A DNA stretch of 64,000 bases, from NCBI GenBank assembly GCA_963705725.1, contig CAVPKM010000020.1:32001-96000 (forward strand), read 5' to 3'. Each line of letters starts with the position of its first letter. The stretch's first letter is position 1. The DNA comes from an uncultured Gammaproteobacteria bacterium. GTDB taxonomy: Bacteria; Pseudomonadota; Gammaproteobacteria; UBA6002. A program made the position numbers and the translations under genes. A model generated the notes under the pieces. The model was not told the origin of the DNA. It ran no database searches and was given only the letters and a program-made list of their open reading frames with translations. Below are positions 1 to 9,964 of the stretch, one piece after another.

Positions 1-635
1 TAGAAATGCCAGGTGAACAGTTAGCGCTTCGTATGATGTCATCACTTGGCCGTATTGATCAACATCGGGTACGAAATGGCAAACTTAACGATACGGATTG
101 GCCGCGTATTACTTCAGCCGTCAGTGTCTTATCAGAAGCTCCCATGTTTATTGATGATACCCCCGCCCTCAGTCCTTCTGAAGTGCGAGCAAGAGCAAGA
201 AGGCTGGAGAGAGAATATGGAAAAATCAAGTTAATCATCATTGACTATTTGCAATTAATGCAAGTTCCGGGAAGCAAAGAAAATCGAACCAATGAAATTT
301 CAGAAATATCCCGCTCGCTCAAAGCGTTAGCAAAGGAATTGCATGTGCCGGTGATTGCGTTGTCACAATTAAATCGTGGCCTAGAACAGCGTCATGATCG
401 AAGACCGGTTATGTCAGATTTGAGAGAATCAGGAGCAATAGAGCAAGATGCCGACCTGATTGCTTTTATCTATCGTGATGAAGTTTATAATGAAGAGAGT
501 TTGGATAAAGGCAAGGCAGAGATTATCATTGCTAAACAACGAAATGGTCCGATTGGCAAGCTGCATCTTACCTTCCTTGGACAGTATACCGTATTTGAAA
601 ACTATGCTTCGCCTCAATATCATGAGGTTTTTTAA
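1..635 (+). CDS. dnaB: Replicative DNA helicase, C-terminal part (5' end outside window)
   Basis: IIIDYLQLM, LSQLNR, DLRESGAIEQDAD and KQRNGP motifs; upstream of alr. Confidence 0.97.
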   Translation, partial: EMPGEQLALRMMSSLGRIDQHRVRNGKLNDTDWPRITSAVSVLSEAPMFIDDTPALSPSEVRARARRLEREYGKIKLIIIDYLQLMQVPGSKENRTNEISEISRSLKALAKELHVPVIALSQLNRGLEQRHDRRPVMSDLRESGAIEQDADLIAFIYRDEVYNEESLDKGKAEIIIAKQRNGPIGKLHLTFLGQYTVFENYASPQYHEVF

Positions 636-1714
636 TGAGCGTCAGGACTCAAGCGCTTATTGATACCAATGCGTTAAAGCATAATTTTAGCTTGATTAAA
701 AATGCTGCATCAAATTCGAAAGTCTTAGCCATGCTAAAGGGAAATGCCTATGGCCATGGCCTGGTTGAAATAGGCAAAAGATTACCTGAAGTAGATGCGT
801 TTGGTGTGGCTTGCCTTTCAGAAGCAATTAAGTTAAGAGAAGGCAAAGTACAAACACCGATTGTGATTATGTCCGGGATATTTAACCAAGAAGATCTCGA
901 TGCAATCATCTACTACGACCTGCAAATCGTTTTACATGATAAATTTCAATTGGAACTACTCCAAACCGCCAACCCAGCTAAACCCATTTCTGTCTGGTTA
1001 AAAGTGGATACCGGGATGCACCGTTTAGGCGTGAATCCTAAAGAATTCGATGAAATTTTTTCTTGCTTGATGCAAAACCCTGCCATAAAAAAACCGCTTG
1101 TTGTGATGACTCATCTTGCGGATGCCGATGATCCGATGAAAACGACAACTTCTCAGCAGTTGAGGGTATTTAATCAATTAACTTCACATTTGCCTTGTTT
1201 AAAGAGTGTGGCGAATTCTGCAGGAATTATCGCTTGGCCTGATGCAATTAAAGATTGGAATCGTCCTGGGATCATGTTATATGGAATTTCGCCCATTCTT
1301 AATAAAACAGGAATGGCGTATGGGCTAAAGCCAGTCATGACGCTTAAATCTAAAATCGTAGCAGTTCATCAATATCAAAAAGGAGATAAGATTGGCTATG
1401 GTGGAACTTGGACTTGCCCAAAAGCGATGCCAGTCGGTACAATTGCCATTGGCTATGGTGACGGTTACCCGCGTCATGCTAGAAACGGAACACCCACTTT
1501 AATTCATAACACTATTTGTCCTTTAGTTGGGCGCGTTTCAATGGATTTAATTACGGTTGATCTTAGGAAATGTCCTAAGGCTAAAATTAATGATGATGTC
1601 ATTCTATGGGGCGAGGACTTGCCTGCAGAAAATGTAGCTGTTTTTTCAGATACCATCGCCTATGAATTACTTTGTAATGTTTCTGAACGTGTGGATCTGG
1701 TTTATCGTCGTTAA
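635..1714 (+). CDS. alr: Alanine racemase
   Basis: AMLKGNAYGHG PLP-lysine motif, KVDTGMHRLG, GYGDGYPR, GRVSMD; TAATG overlap with dnaB. Confidence 0.96.
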   Translation: MSVRTQALIDTNALKHNFSLIKNAASNSKVLAMLKGNAYGHGLVEIGKRLPEVDAFGVACLSEAIKLREGKVQTPIVIMSGIFNQEDLDAIIYYDLQIVLHDKFQLELLQTANPAKPISVWLKVDTGMHRLGVNPKEFDEIFSCLMQNPAIKKPLVVMTHLADADDPMKTTTSQQLRVFNQLTSHLPCLKSVANSAGIIAWPDAIKDWNRPGIMLYGISPILNKTGMAYGLKPVMTLKSKIVAVHQYQKGDKIGYGGTWTCPKAMPVGTIAIGYGDGYPRHARNGTPTLIHNTICPLVGRVSMDLITVDLRKCPKAKINDDVILWGEDLPAENVAVFSDTIAYELLCNVSERVDLVYRR

Positions 1715-1746
1715 GCGATTTATAAAAAAAAGAAAGGTAAGAGAGC

Positions 1747-2532
1747 ATGCGCAAGGCAACGCGGTTATTATTTATAACAGTTGCATTATTTCTTGTTGGT
1801 TGTGCCACTACGCTCAAGCCGCCTAAAAATAAAGAAAATGTTTGCGCTATTTTTAACGAGTATCCTAAATGGTACCGGGTCGCTAAAAAAACAGAAATGA
1901 AATGGGGTGTACCCGTTTATGTTCAAATGGCTATTATCTACTATGAATCAGCTTTCAAGGGAGATGCCAGGCCTCCCAGGCATTACTTCCTGGGTATATT
2001 TCCCGGTAAGCATCTCTCATCGGCTTATGGCTACGCGCAGGCTCTAGATCAGACATGGAAAGATTATTTAACATCTGCAGGAAGTTTTTTTGCTTCGCGA
2101 AATAAATTCGATTCGGCAACTGATTTTATTGGTTGGTATAGTGTTCAAGCAAGAGATCGTTTAGGTATTCTGCAAAGTGATTCCTATAACCTATATCTTG
2201 CTTATCATGAAGGGTTGGGTGGATATGAAAAAAAGTCATACCTTAAAAAACCTTGGTTAATGCGATATGCAAAAAATGTTGCATTAAAATCCCAAATTTT
2301 TCGAAGCCAGCTCGCTTGCTATGAAAATAACTTTAACATATTGGATTTGAAGAAGTTTGAAAACGAACCAGCCCCGCCAAGCCCTATTGATCAATGTCGC
2401 AATAGTCGTTCAATTACTCAAGAATTGCCTGAAGGGTTGACTTTGGAACCCCCTGTTGGAAATTATGTGATTGAACACAAAGAAATAAAAGAAGAATCTC
2501 AAGCCATTCCTGATGAAGGGAGTCCTATATGA
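1747..2532 (+). CDS. Lipoprotein with SLT/lytic transglycosylase-like domain
   Basis: Lipobox LVGC; AIIYYESAF, SSAYGYAQALD and LYLAYHEG motifs. Confidence 0.75.
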   Translation: MRKATRLLFITVALFLVGCATTLKPPKNKENVCAIFNEYPKWYRVAKKTEMKWGVPVYVQMAIIYYESAFKGDARPPRHYFLGIFPGKHLSSAYGYAQALDQTWKDYLTSAGSFFASRNKFDSATDFIGWYSVQARDRLGILQSDSYNLYLAYHEGLGGYEKKSYLKKPWLMRYAKNVALKSQIFRSQLACYENNFNILDLKKFENEPAPPSPIDQCRNSRSITQELPEGLTLEPPVGNYVIEHKEIKEESQAIPDEGSPI

Positions 2533-3806
2533 AAAAGCCAATTTCCTCTCTTCCTAAGACTGAACTGATTGGTTGGATTATTTGTGGGTTGGGCGCGCTT
2601 TTTTATTGTTATGAGTATTTGCTAAGGATACAGCCTAGTGTGATGGTGCCGGAATTAATGCGGCAATTTCATCTTTCAGCCGAGCGTTTTAGCGCGATCA
2701 TTAGCCTTTTCTATTTAGCTTATACTCCCATGCAAGCTGTCGTTGGTGTGATCACCGATTTGTATGGACCGCGTTATATTCTCACTTTTGCTATTGTGAC
2801 CTGCACATTAGGAAGCTGGCTTTTTGGAGTTGCCGATAACCTTTACATTGCTTCGGTAGGTCGATTTTTAGTCGGTTTTGGCAGTGCTTTTGCCTTTGTT
2901 AGTGCACTTAAACTTGCTTCAATTTGGTTGCCGCTCAATCGATTTGCACTTTTTGCGGGCTTGGTCACTGCATTAGGCATGGTGGGTGGTATGGTAGGGG
3001 ATATTGGTCTGACTCATCTTGTTATGGTTTTGGGCTGGAAAGAGACAATTTATGCCAGTACTTTATTAGGGGTAATATTAATACCATTAATTTGGTGGTG
3101 CATTCGAGATCGTCAGGCGGTAGAAAAATCAAAACAAAATTCACGAACGGCATACCGTGAAACTTTTTCTGGATTATGGGTGATTTTAAAAAATCCTCAA
3201 GCTTGGATAGCGGGAGCGATTGGCTGTATCCTTTATTTATCTCTTTCCGTTTTTGCAGAATTATGGGGAATACCGTTTTTAAAAGTCGTTTATCATTTAA
3301 ATTCAGTACAAGCAGCCTTTGCGAATTCGTTTATTTTTATGGGGTGGTTAATTGGCGCTCCCTTAACAGGCTGGATATCTGATCGTTTACGCAAAAGAAA
3401 ATTACCCTTGCTGCTCGGCTGTTTGTTCTCAGCAATCACTATTGTCGTGATCATTTACCTACCTCGTACTCCGATCTATATCCTTGAAATTTTGCTTTTT
3501 TTATTCGGAGCCTTTAGCAGCATTGAAGTGGTTTGTTTTGCAGTAGGTCGAGAAACCAGTCCAAAGCACGTTTCTGGTGCAGCGGTTTCTTTTATCAATT
3601 TGCTGGTGATGTTTGGCGGCTTGGTTTTTCAGCCTTTAGTTGGAAAAGTGCTAGATCTTTATTGGACTGGTAAAATGGCAGATGGGGTACGGGTTTATGA
3701 TGTCCATAGTTTTCAGTTATCATTGACCCTTATTCCAATTTTTATTCTTATTGGCCTAGTTTGTAGCTTGATGATGAAAGAATCTTTTGACCATCTGGTG
3801 GAATAA
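2529..3806 (+). CDS. MFS transporter, Pht (phagosomal transporter)-like
   Basis: About 12 hydrophobic segments; LFYCYEYLLRIQPSVM N-terminus typical of Legionellales Pht proteins; DLYGPR and SDRLRKRK motif-A loops. Confidence 0.8.
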   Translation: MKKPISSLPKTELIGWIICGLGALFYCYEYLLRIQPSVMVPELMRQFHLSAERFSAIISLFYLAYTPMQAVVGVITDLYGPRYILTFAIVTCTLGSWLFGVADNLYIASVGRFLVGFGSAFAFVSALKLASIWLPLNRFALFAGLVTALGMVGGMVGDIGLTHLVMVLGWKETIYASTLLGVILIPLIWWCIRDRQAVEKSKQNSRTAYRETFSGLWVILKNPQAWIAGAIGCILYLSLSVFAELWGIPFLKVVYHLNSVQAAFANSFIFMGWLIGAPLTGWISDRLRKRKLPLLLGCLFSAITIVVIIYLPRTPIYILEILLFLFGAFSSIEVVCFAVGRETSPKHVSGAAVSFINLLVMFGGLVFQPLVGKVLDLYWTGKMADGVRVYDVHSFQLSLTLIPIFILIGLVCSLMMKESFDHLVE

Positions 3807-3809
3807 TTT

Positions 3810-4049
3810 ATGCAAGAAAAAGTATTACGATTACGTTATCAGTGTCGAAGAGGAATGTTAGAGTTAGATGCGATATTACAGCCTTTTTTCGAGAAACATT
3901 TTTTAGAATTAACCCCCTTAGAACAAGAAGATTTTGAAATGCTCTTAGCAAGTTCTGATCAATCACTATATAATTGGTTTATTGGTAGCTCAGCCCCCTC
4001 TCAAGCAAGATTACAAGCATTGATTAGCAAGATAAAAAGTCAATTTTGA
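3810..4049 (+). CDS. sdhE: FAD assembly factor SdhE (YgfY)
   Basis: RLRYQCRRGMLELD signature, 79 aa. Confidence 0.93.
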   Translation: MQEKVLRLRYQCRRGMLELDAILQPFFEKHFLELTPLEQEDFEMLLASSDQSLYNWFIGSSAPSQARLQALISKIKSQF

Positions 4050-4101
4050 ATACTTATTCTTTGGCTTATTTTTATGGATAAGGTTTTTGTCATGTGCAGA
4101 G

Positions 4102-4121
4102 AAATTCATTAACGAAGGGTA
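4102..4121 (+). repeat. 20-bp dispersed repeat AAATTCATTAACGAAGGGTA (family C)
   Basis: Identical to 20873-20892; inverted copy with 2 mismatches at 44364-44383. Confidence 0.7.
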
Positions 4122-4129
4122 CAGATTTA

Positions 4130-4591
4130 ATGAAGTTATATTTAATGAGACACGGAGAAGCGACGTTACCAAATATTAATCCTGAAAGACCACTTAGTGA
4201 AATTGGGTTAGTAGAGGCAAAAAAAATTAGAGATTTTTTGGAGCGAAGCCAAGTACAAATCGATCAAATTTATCATAGCGGTATATTAAGAGCCGAACAA
4301 ACTGCGAAAATTTTGGCAGAGTGTATTGAGCCGATGCCAAAATTAGATCTACTTTTAGGCTTGATGCCAGAAGATGATATCAAGCCGATTGCTTTGTATT
4401 GCAATCATTGGCAAAAGCACACCTTGATCGTTGGGCATATGCCTTTTTTGGGTAAATTGTTTTCAATGTTACTGCTAGAAAAAGAAGAGACTGAGCGTAT
4501 TTTTTTTCATACGGCGGCCATTGCCTGCTTGGAGAAGATAGCATCATTCCATTGGTCGCTTTCGTGGTTCACCTACCCAGACTTACTATAA
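4130..4591 (+). CDS. sixA: Phosphohistidine phosphatase SixA
   Basis: MKLYLMRHGEA, RPLS, RAEQTA and LIVGHMP histidine-phosphatase motifs; start reassigned to ATG 4130. Confidence 0.9.
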   Translation: MKLYLMRHGEATLPNINPERPLSEIGLVEAKKIRDFLERSQVQIDQIYHSGILRAEQTAKILAECIEPMPKLDLLLGLMPEDDIKPIALYCNHWQKHTLIVGHMPFLGKLFSMLLLEKEETERIFFHTAAIACLEKIASFHWSLSWFTYPDLL

Positions 4592-5034
4592 TGCTGCCAC
4601 TGATCACATTAAAAACGGCGAAGTCATTACATTGTTTATTTTTCTTTCTGTTCTTAGGGAGCATTTTTGCAGTTTTGATTAGTACTTTGTCAATGATCAC
4701 TAAAATTGGCTTGCTATTGATTGTTTGCCGTCTTGGCCTTCGTTATTTTAAAAAACAGATTTCACTTAATCATCCACTTTCAATTATCGGTCTTGCAAGA
4801 ACAAATTCGGGTATTTGGACGGTAGTGTTAACTAATCAACAGATTGTTTATGGCGCGTTAAAAGGGTCTAGTTATGTTTCCAACTTTATCTTAATTTTAA
4901 ATTTCCTCACCGAACAAAATTTGCGTTTAACCACCATTATAGTAAAAGCAAGTGTCGGAGCCCAGGCTTTCAGGCAGTTATTAGCAAATATTCGAAATAC
5001 TAAGCTCGAAGGTAACTATTCAGCACAGGGTTGA
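4591..5034 (+). CDS. YgfX-like inner membrane protein
   Basis: Two N-terminal TM segments, C-terminal FRQLL pattern, near sdhE; last codons and stop come from repeat family A. Confidence 0.6.
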   Translation: MLPLITLKTAKSLHCLFFFLFLGSIFAVLISTLSMITKIGLLLIVCRLGLRYFKKQISLNHPLSIIGLARTNSGIWTVVLTNQQIVYGALKGSSYVSNFILILNFLTEQNLRLTTIIVKASVGAQAFRQLLANIRNTKLEGNYSAQG

Positions 5035-5184
5035 AACGTCCATATTTTGCCATCTTCGAACAAAAAATTTAATTAAAACTGCTCACATACTTGAGTATTG
5101 CTCCGCTATTAATTAAATTTTTTGTCCGAATCTAGCTAAAACCTGAACGTTTAGCGACTTCAAGCATTTGTGCTGAACAATTAC
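5012..5184 (+). repeat. Palindromic MITE/ERIC-like element, family A, copy 1 (173 bp)
   Basis: Ends GTAACTATTCAGCACA and TGTGCTGAACAATTAC are inverted repeats; internal palindrome; near-identical to 16454-16619. Confidence 0.9.
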
Positions 5185-5228
5185 GCTTGAGGTTGTTTAA
5201 CCAAAAGCATCCATTGGTGAAGTGCAGA

Positions 5229-7046
5229 CTATTTTGTCCTTGCATCCTTCTTTCTCTCATGCTCTTTAAGTCGCTTTTTGCGCAATCGAATAGCGTCAGG
5301 TGTGACTTCAACTAATTCATCATCATTAATTAATTCCAGCGCTTGTTCTAGCGATAAGCGGATAGGTGGGGTGAGGACAATGTTTTCATCAGATCCTGAA
5401 GCGCGAATATTGGTCAGTTGTTTTTCTCGAGTCACATTGACGACCAAATCATTTTCCCGCGTATGCAGGCCTATAATCATGCCTTCATAAACTTCAGTTT
5501 GAGGGTGAATCATTAATTTTCCACGCTCTTCTAAATTCCATAGGGCATAGGCAGTCGCCTTGCCTTCACCGTTAGCGATCAAGACTCCATTTATTCTGGC
5601 AGCAATCGCTCCCTTGACTAGGGGACCATAATGATCAAAAACATGATGCATCAACCCGGTTCCGGAGGTGATGGTAAGAAATTCTGTGTGAAAACCAATT
5701 AATCCTCGTGTGGGAATAATGTAATCTAAGCGGATTCTTCCTTTACCGTCTGGCATCATGTTTTGAATCAGTCCTCGGCGAGAAGCGAGTTTCTCCATTA
5801 CTGTGCCTTGGTGGGTTTCTTCGACGTCGCACGTAAGGGACTCATAAGGTTCTTGAGGTTCGCCATTTATTTCTTTAACAATGACTTCTGGTCTAGAGGC
5901 GCCAAGCTCATAACCCTCTCGTCTCATGGTTTCAATGAGAATAGAAAGGTGCAGTTCTCCTCGACCTGAAACTTTAAACTTATCAGGATCTTGAGTGTCT
6001 TGAACTTGAAGTGCCACATTACTCACTAACTCTCGCGTTAATCGGTCCCTAAGATGGCGGCTTGTTACATACTTGCCACTTTTTCCGCAGAAAGGGGAGT
6101 CATTAACTTGAAAAGTCATGCAAACAGTTGGTTCATCCACGATGAGATTAGGCAAGGGGTCGGGATGTTTGGGGTCACAAATTGTGTCGGAAATTCGTAT
6201 ATTTTCAATGCCGGTAATTGCGATAATATCGCCTGCTTGAGCTTCCTCTACTTCAACCCGATTGAGTCCTAAATATCCCATGACTTGTAAAATGCGCCCG
6301 CTTCGTGACTCTCCTTTGTGGTTGATAACCACGACTGGTGAATTAGTGGTAATTTTTCCACGATTAATGCGACCAATTCCAATTGCTCCTACATAGCTTG
6401 AATAATCTAGCGAGCTGATTTGCATTTGGAATGGTCCATCCAAATTGACATCTGGAGGGGGTACTCTGTCGATAATTGTTTGAAGCAAGGGGTTCATATT
6501 TTCCGATGCTTGGTTTAAATCTAAAGTAGCCAATCCTTTTAAGGCAGAGGCATAGACTACTGGAAAATCAAGTTGTTCGTTGCTAGCCCCAAGTCGATCA
6601 AATAAATCAAAAACCTGATCGACTACCCAATCTGGACGAGCGCTAGGTCGGTCAATTTTGTTAATCACGACGATGGGTTTAAGGCCATGCTCAAATGCTT
6701 TTAATGTCACAAACCTAGTCTGTGGCATGGGCCCATCTACTGCATCAACGAGTAGCAGCACCGAATCGACCATTGACAGTATGCGTTCAACTTCACCGCC
6801 AAAATCCGCATGTCCTGGAGTGTCGACGATATTAATACGATACCCGTTCCAGATGATTGCAGTAATTTTTGAAAGAATGGTAATTCCGCGTTCTTTTTCA
6901 AGTTCATTAGAATCTAGGACGCGTTCCTGGCCAGCAGCCTTGCTGCTCAAGGTTCCCGATTGTTGTAAAAATTTATCAACTAAGGTCGTTTTGCCGTGGT
7001 CAACATGGGCAATAATAGCGATATTTCGTCGTTTATTCATGGTCAT
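5229..7046 (-). CDS. typA: Translational GTPase TypA/BipA
   Basis: [40 protein letters not shown]; 605 aa. Confidence 0.97.
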   Translation of the reverse strand: MTMNKRRNIAIIAHVDHGKTTLVDKFLQQSGTLSSKAAGQERVLDSNELEKERGITILSKITAIIWNGYRINIVDTPGHADFGGEVERILSMVDSVLLLVDAVDGPMPQTRFVTLKAFEHGLKPIVVINKIDRPSARPDWVVDQVFDLFDRLGASNEQLDFPVVYASALKGLATLDLNQASENMNPLLQTIIDRVPPPDVNLDGPFQMQISSLDYSSYVGAIGIGRINRGKITTNSPVVVINHKGESRSGRILQVMGYLGLNRVEVEEAQAGDIIAITGIENIRISDTICDPKHPDPLPNLIVDEPTVCMTFQVNDSPFCGKSGKYVTSRHLRDRLTRELVSNVALQVQDTQDPDKFKVSGRGELHLSILIETMRREGYELGASRPEVIVKEINGEPQEPYESLTCDVEETHQGTVMEKLASRRGLIQNMMPDGKGRIRLDYIIPTRGLIGFHTEFLTITSGTGLMHHVFDHYGPLVKGAIAARINGVLIANGEGKATAYALWNLEERGKLMIHPQTEVYEGMIIGLHTRENDLVVNVTREKQLTNIRASGSDENIVLTPPIRLSLEQALELINDDELVEVTPDAIRLRKKRLKEHERKKDARTK

Positions 7047-7239
7047 TTTGCAGTAGGCCTTAATAAAACTTAAAATTATACCCTAAAACTTATATCTTGT
7101 CATTCCTGTCGATGCCTCCTTCTACAGTCTATTCGCCGCAAAGTCTCTTCACTATCAGCCGACTTTGAAAGGATAACTCCTTATATTTAAGCTAAAATTA
7201 ACATAAAACCTACCCATTTTTATTAAAAGGAGGAATGCA

Positions 7240-7824
7240 ATGAATCGGTTAATCCTTCATTCCACTTCTTTAGCGCAATGGCATACCTTGGTGAATGAAG
7301 CAGAAGATTGTTCTGGGACACATTTAGACACAGAATTAGAAAGTTATCTGGTCTATTTGCTTGAGCATTACACCAACAAGCCTGAGGTCGTCGCCAGCAT
7401 TCTGGCTTTAGACTATCTTAATAGTCTTGAGTCAACAGGGAATATCAAAAAAAATCGATTGCGTGAACTTGGAGATAAATGCCTGCTTTTTTCTGGTTTT
7501 TTTCCCGAATTAGCAGATAAACGGAATGTGTCAGTCACTTATTTTGTGGAATTAGGTCGAAAAGCTTACAATTGTCTCTCAAATTTATATAAGTGTGGTC
7601 TGTTAGATGCAAAATTATTTGCTTTATTACGTGAACACTTTATCAGTCTGTTGGATCTTTTATTTTCCATACGAGAGTTAAGCGGTGAGCAGGCAGCGTT
7701 GACCTTTATTCAAGCCGAGGAACTTTGGCGCAACACAGGAAGTCGTTATGCTTATTCTATTTTAAAAAAACATGATAAAGATATCATTGCCCTCAGGCAC
7801 CTTGATATTACTAAACTACAATAG
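7240..7824 (+). CDS. Conserved hypothetical protein
   Basis: Strong RBS AGGAGG; LRELGDKCLLFSGFFP..Y..ELGR.AY pattern of an uncharacterised gammaproteobacterial family. Confidence 0.7.
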   Translation: MNRLILHSTSLAQWHTLVNEAEDCSGTHLDTELESYLVYLLEHYTNKPEVVASILALDYLNSLESTGNIKKNRLRELGDKCLLFSGFFPELADKRNVSVTYFVELGRKAYNCLSNLYKCGLLDAKLFALLREHFISLLDLLFSIRELSGEQAALTFIQAEELWRNTGSRYAYSILKKHDKDIIALRHLDITKLQ

Positions 7825-7827
7825 TGG

Positions 7828-9783
7828 CTATATAGCAGAAAGCCCCTGGCGCGAACCGCCAGGGCGTACAAATTCCTGGGTAAGCTTTACCGGCCTTTTC
7901 AAATAAGAAGAGCCATATTGTTGAAGGGGTTGATCTGATACTTGGACAAGATGATTCGCTTCTTCATCAAATAAAATAGCTGAAAGCCTATTGCCATTGT
8001 CAGCGATAGGAAAAAACCCTATTCTGCTTAGTGCTGCCATATCTTGATTTACCATACAAGGGATAATTTCATTATATTGCTTGGTGCCATAATTCGATTG
8101 CGCTTCAAAAATATCGCTTGGCGTTTTATTACCGAAAAAAGTGGTAAAGAATGCTTCTGTGGCTTGGTGCTCATTGGTTGATTCAATCATTTCATTGAGT
8201 AGTGTTAAAAATTTCGAATTATCAATTTCATCAATGGTTTTCAATTGATTTTCAATGAATTGCAGTAACTGAATTTGTTTTAGACTGAGATCATCTCCAA
8301 ATAACCGTTTGAGAAATCGTTGTACACTGGCGATAATAATTGGGACAGGAAATGTATTGAACAGCATTATCGCGATAATCGTGATCAATTCTATCTGCTT
8401 ACTTATTTTGGGCAAACATTGTTCATTTAGATAGGTGCTGGTTTGAGTTGACCAAAATGAGAGGGCAAAGAGAAACGTCGTTACTCCTATCATGGTTCGC
8501 GGGTTTTGTTGTATCGCAAGTGAAGATTGCAAAAGCGCGTGCCAGCTCGCGGCATCGCCTTTATTCGACCAAGCTTTTTTTAAAAAATCCAGGATGGAAG
8601 GGGTTGCTGCATAAGCTTCCTTGATGACATGGGCAGCGTTTGATATTAAATCATAAATATCTTTACCCACGATCCAAGCGACATCTAAAGGTAGCGCATC
8701 AGAAATGACGATGATAATACTGGCAAGAACGAGTTCTGTCGTTTCTGTTATATTTAGATGCTTTTCAGCATAATCGCTAAAACTTTCCAGTGTAATGGCC
8801 CCCCAACCAATACAGGAAACAATCGCAAAGACTAAACTAATAAGTTGTGTCATTCGACAGCCAATGGCTGATGGTTGATGTGCATTATTTTTCGCTAAGC
8901 TGAGCACCTTCAATAAAAGTTCGATGGCTTCGATACGAGAGGGATTTTCATTGACTAAAAGTGAGTAGATTTCATCCAGTTGACCCTGTTGATCACTTTG
9001 CAGCATTGTTAATATTTCGCTTTGTGCTGAAATCAGCCCTGCTTTATGCGCATCTTTTAATGCCATCAATGTTTGTTGAATTTTGTAATTATTCATGGCT
9101 TCATTGTTAATTTTACGATAAAGATAATGAAACGGATCGTAAAATAACGCTTGCATATATTTATAAAGAAAACTTTCAATGCCGTTATACTGCAACATTG
9201 TGGCACAAAGTAATACCATTAAAGCAATGGGATGTGAATCGCCGCTGACATTTTCGCTTAGTGCAAAGGAAGGATAAGCGGAGACAAAGGCAGTGGCAAA
9301 CACGGCTGTAGATAACAGCAAATTTTTTAAACCGCGGCCGGCTTTAGCCAGATAGCCAGGCGCTAAGTTTTGTAAATCCAATATCGCATTTTCTTCTTCT
9401 TTTGATCGCAGACCAAACAACTGTGTGATCGCTTCTTCCCACTTAGGGGAAATCACCAGATTAAAGAAATAACCATGACCCATCGCATTTAAAATCACGG
9501 CCACAGTCGGATTTAAATAGTAGCTTACTACATCCCTTGCTGCCTTTTGCGCCGCACCAATATAGCTTTCGCTTGCTGCTGCACCAATACCATAGCTCGT
9601 GCAAACAGGAAAAAAGCTTTTAGCAACCTCATTCCAAGTGACTTTTACCGGTTGCTGATGATTCTGGCGCGTCAAGATTGCGTAATTTTGAAAAGTAGAT
9701 AGGTCTGAGCTGAAAAAATGTTGCAATAATTCATCTTGGGTAAGGGGACGGTCGTCAACAACCTCTTCATTAACAGATAACAT
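7828..9783 (-). CDS. Orphan multi-pass membrane protein (effector-like), paralogue of 9965-13102
   Basis: Long ORF; start set at ATG 9783 (GAGGT RBS); several hydrophobic segments; FNTFP block matches FNLFP of the neighbouring gene. Confidence 0.7.
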   Translation of the reverse strand: MLSVNEEVVDDRPLTQDELLQHFFSSDLSTFQNYAILTRQNHQQPVKVTWNEVAKSFFPVCTSYGIGAAASESYIGAAQKAARDVVSYYLNPTVAVILNAMGHGYFFNLVISPKWEEAITQLFGLRSKEEENAILDLQNLAPGYLAKAGRGLKNLLLSTAVFATAFVSAYPSFALSENVSGDSHPIALMVLLCATMLQYNGIESFLYKYMQALFYDPFHYLYRKINNEAMNNYKIQQTLMALKDAHKAGLISAQSEILTMLQSDQQGQLDEIYSLLVNENPSRIEAIELLLKVLSLAKNNAHQPSAIGCRMTQLISLVFAIVSCIGWGAITLESFSDYAEKHLNITETTELVLASIIIVISDALPLDVAWIVGKDIYDLISNAAHVIKEAYAATPSILDFLKKAWSNKGDAASWHALLQSSLAIQQNPRTMIGVTTFLFALSFWSTQTSTYLNEQCLPKISKQIELITIIAIMLFNTFPVPIIIASVQRFLKRLFGDDLSLKQIQLLQFIENQLKTIDEIDNSKFLTLLNEMIESTNEHQATEAFFTTFFGNKTPSDIFEAQSNYGTKQYNEIIPCMVNQDMAALSRIGFFPIADNGNRLSAILFDEEANHLVQVSDQPLQQYGSSYLKRPVKLTQEFVRPGGSRQGLSAI

Positions 9784-9916
9784 TTGGACCTCAATATTGA
9801 TTAAAATTAGGTATAAAAATGTATAATAATGGATTAATGCCAGATTATTCAATCTATATCTATGAAAAAATTGCAATTTAAAGGTGGGTTAAGCTATTTA
9901 ATTTTTATCCATGCAA

Positions 9917-9945
9917 GAAAAAAGGAGCTCGACGCTCCTTTTTTC
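9917..9945. terminator. Intrinsic terminator, bidirectional
   Basis: GAAAAAAGGAGC-TCGAC-GCTCCTTTTTTC perfect stem with A/T tracts, just downstream of the 9965 stop. Confidence 0.85.
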
Positions 9946-9964
9946 AGATCTTATGTATGCCAGT

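Noticed and set aside
5012-5184. Family A as attC or as an autonomous IS
   Set aside because: Ends do not fit GTTRRRY and there is no coding capacity; treated as a non-autonomous repeat
9870-9901. TTAA repeats upstream of the 7828-9783 gene as a PmrA box
   Set aside because: An 11-nt period is present, but the central TT and a correctly spaced -10 are absent; may be chance in AT-rich DNA
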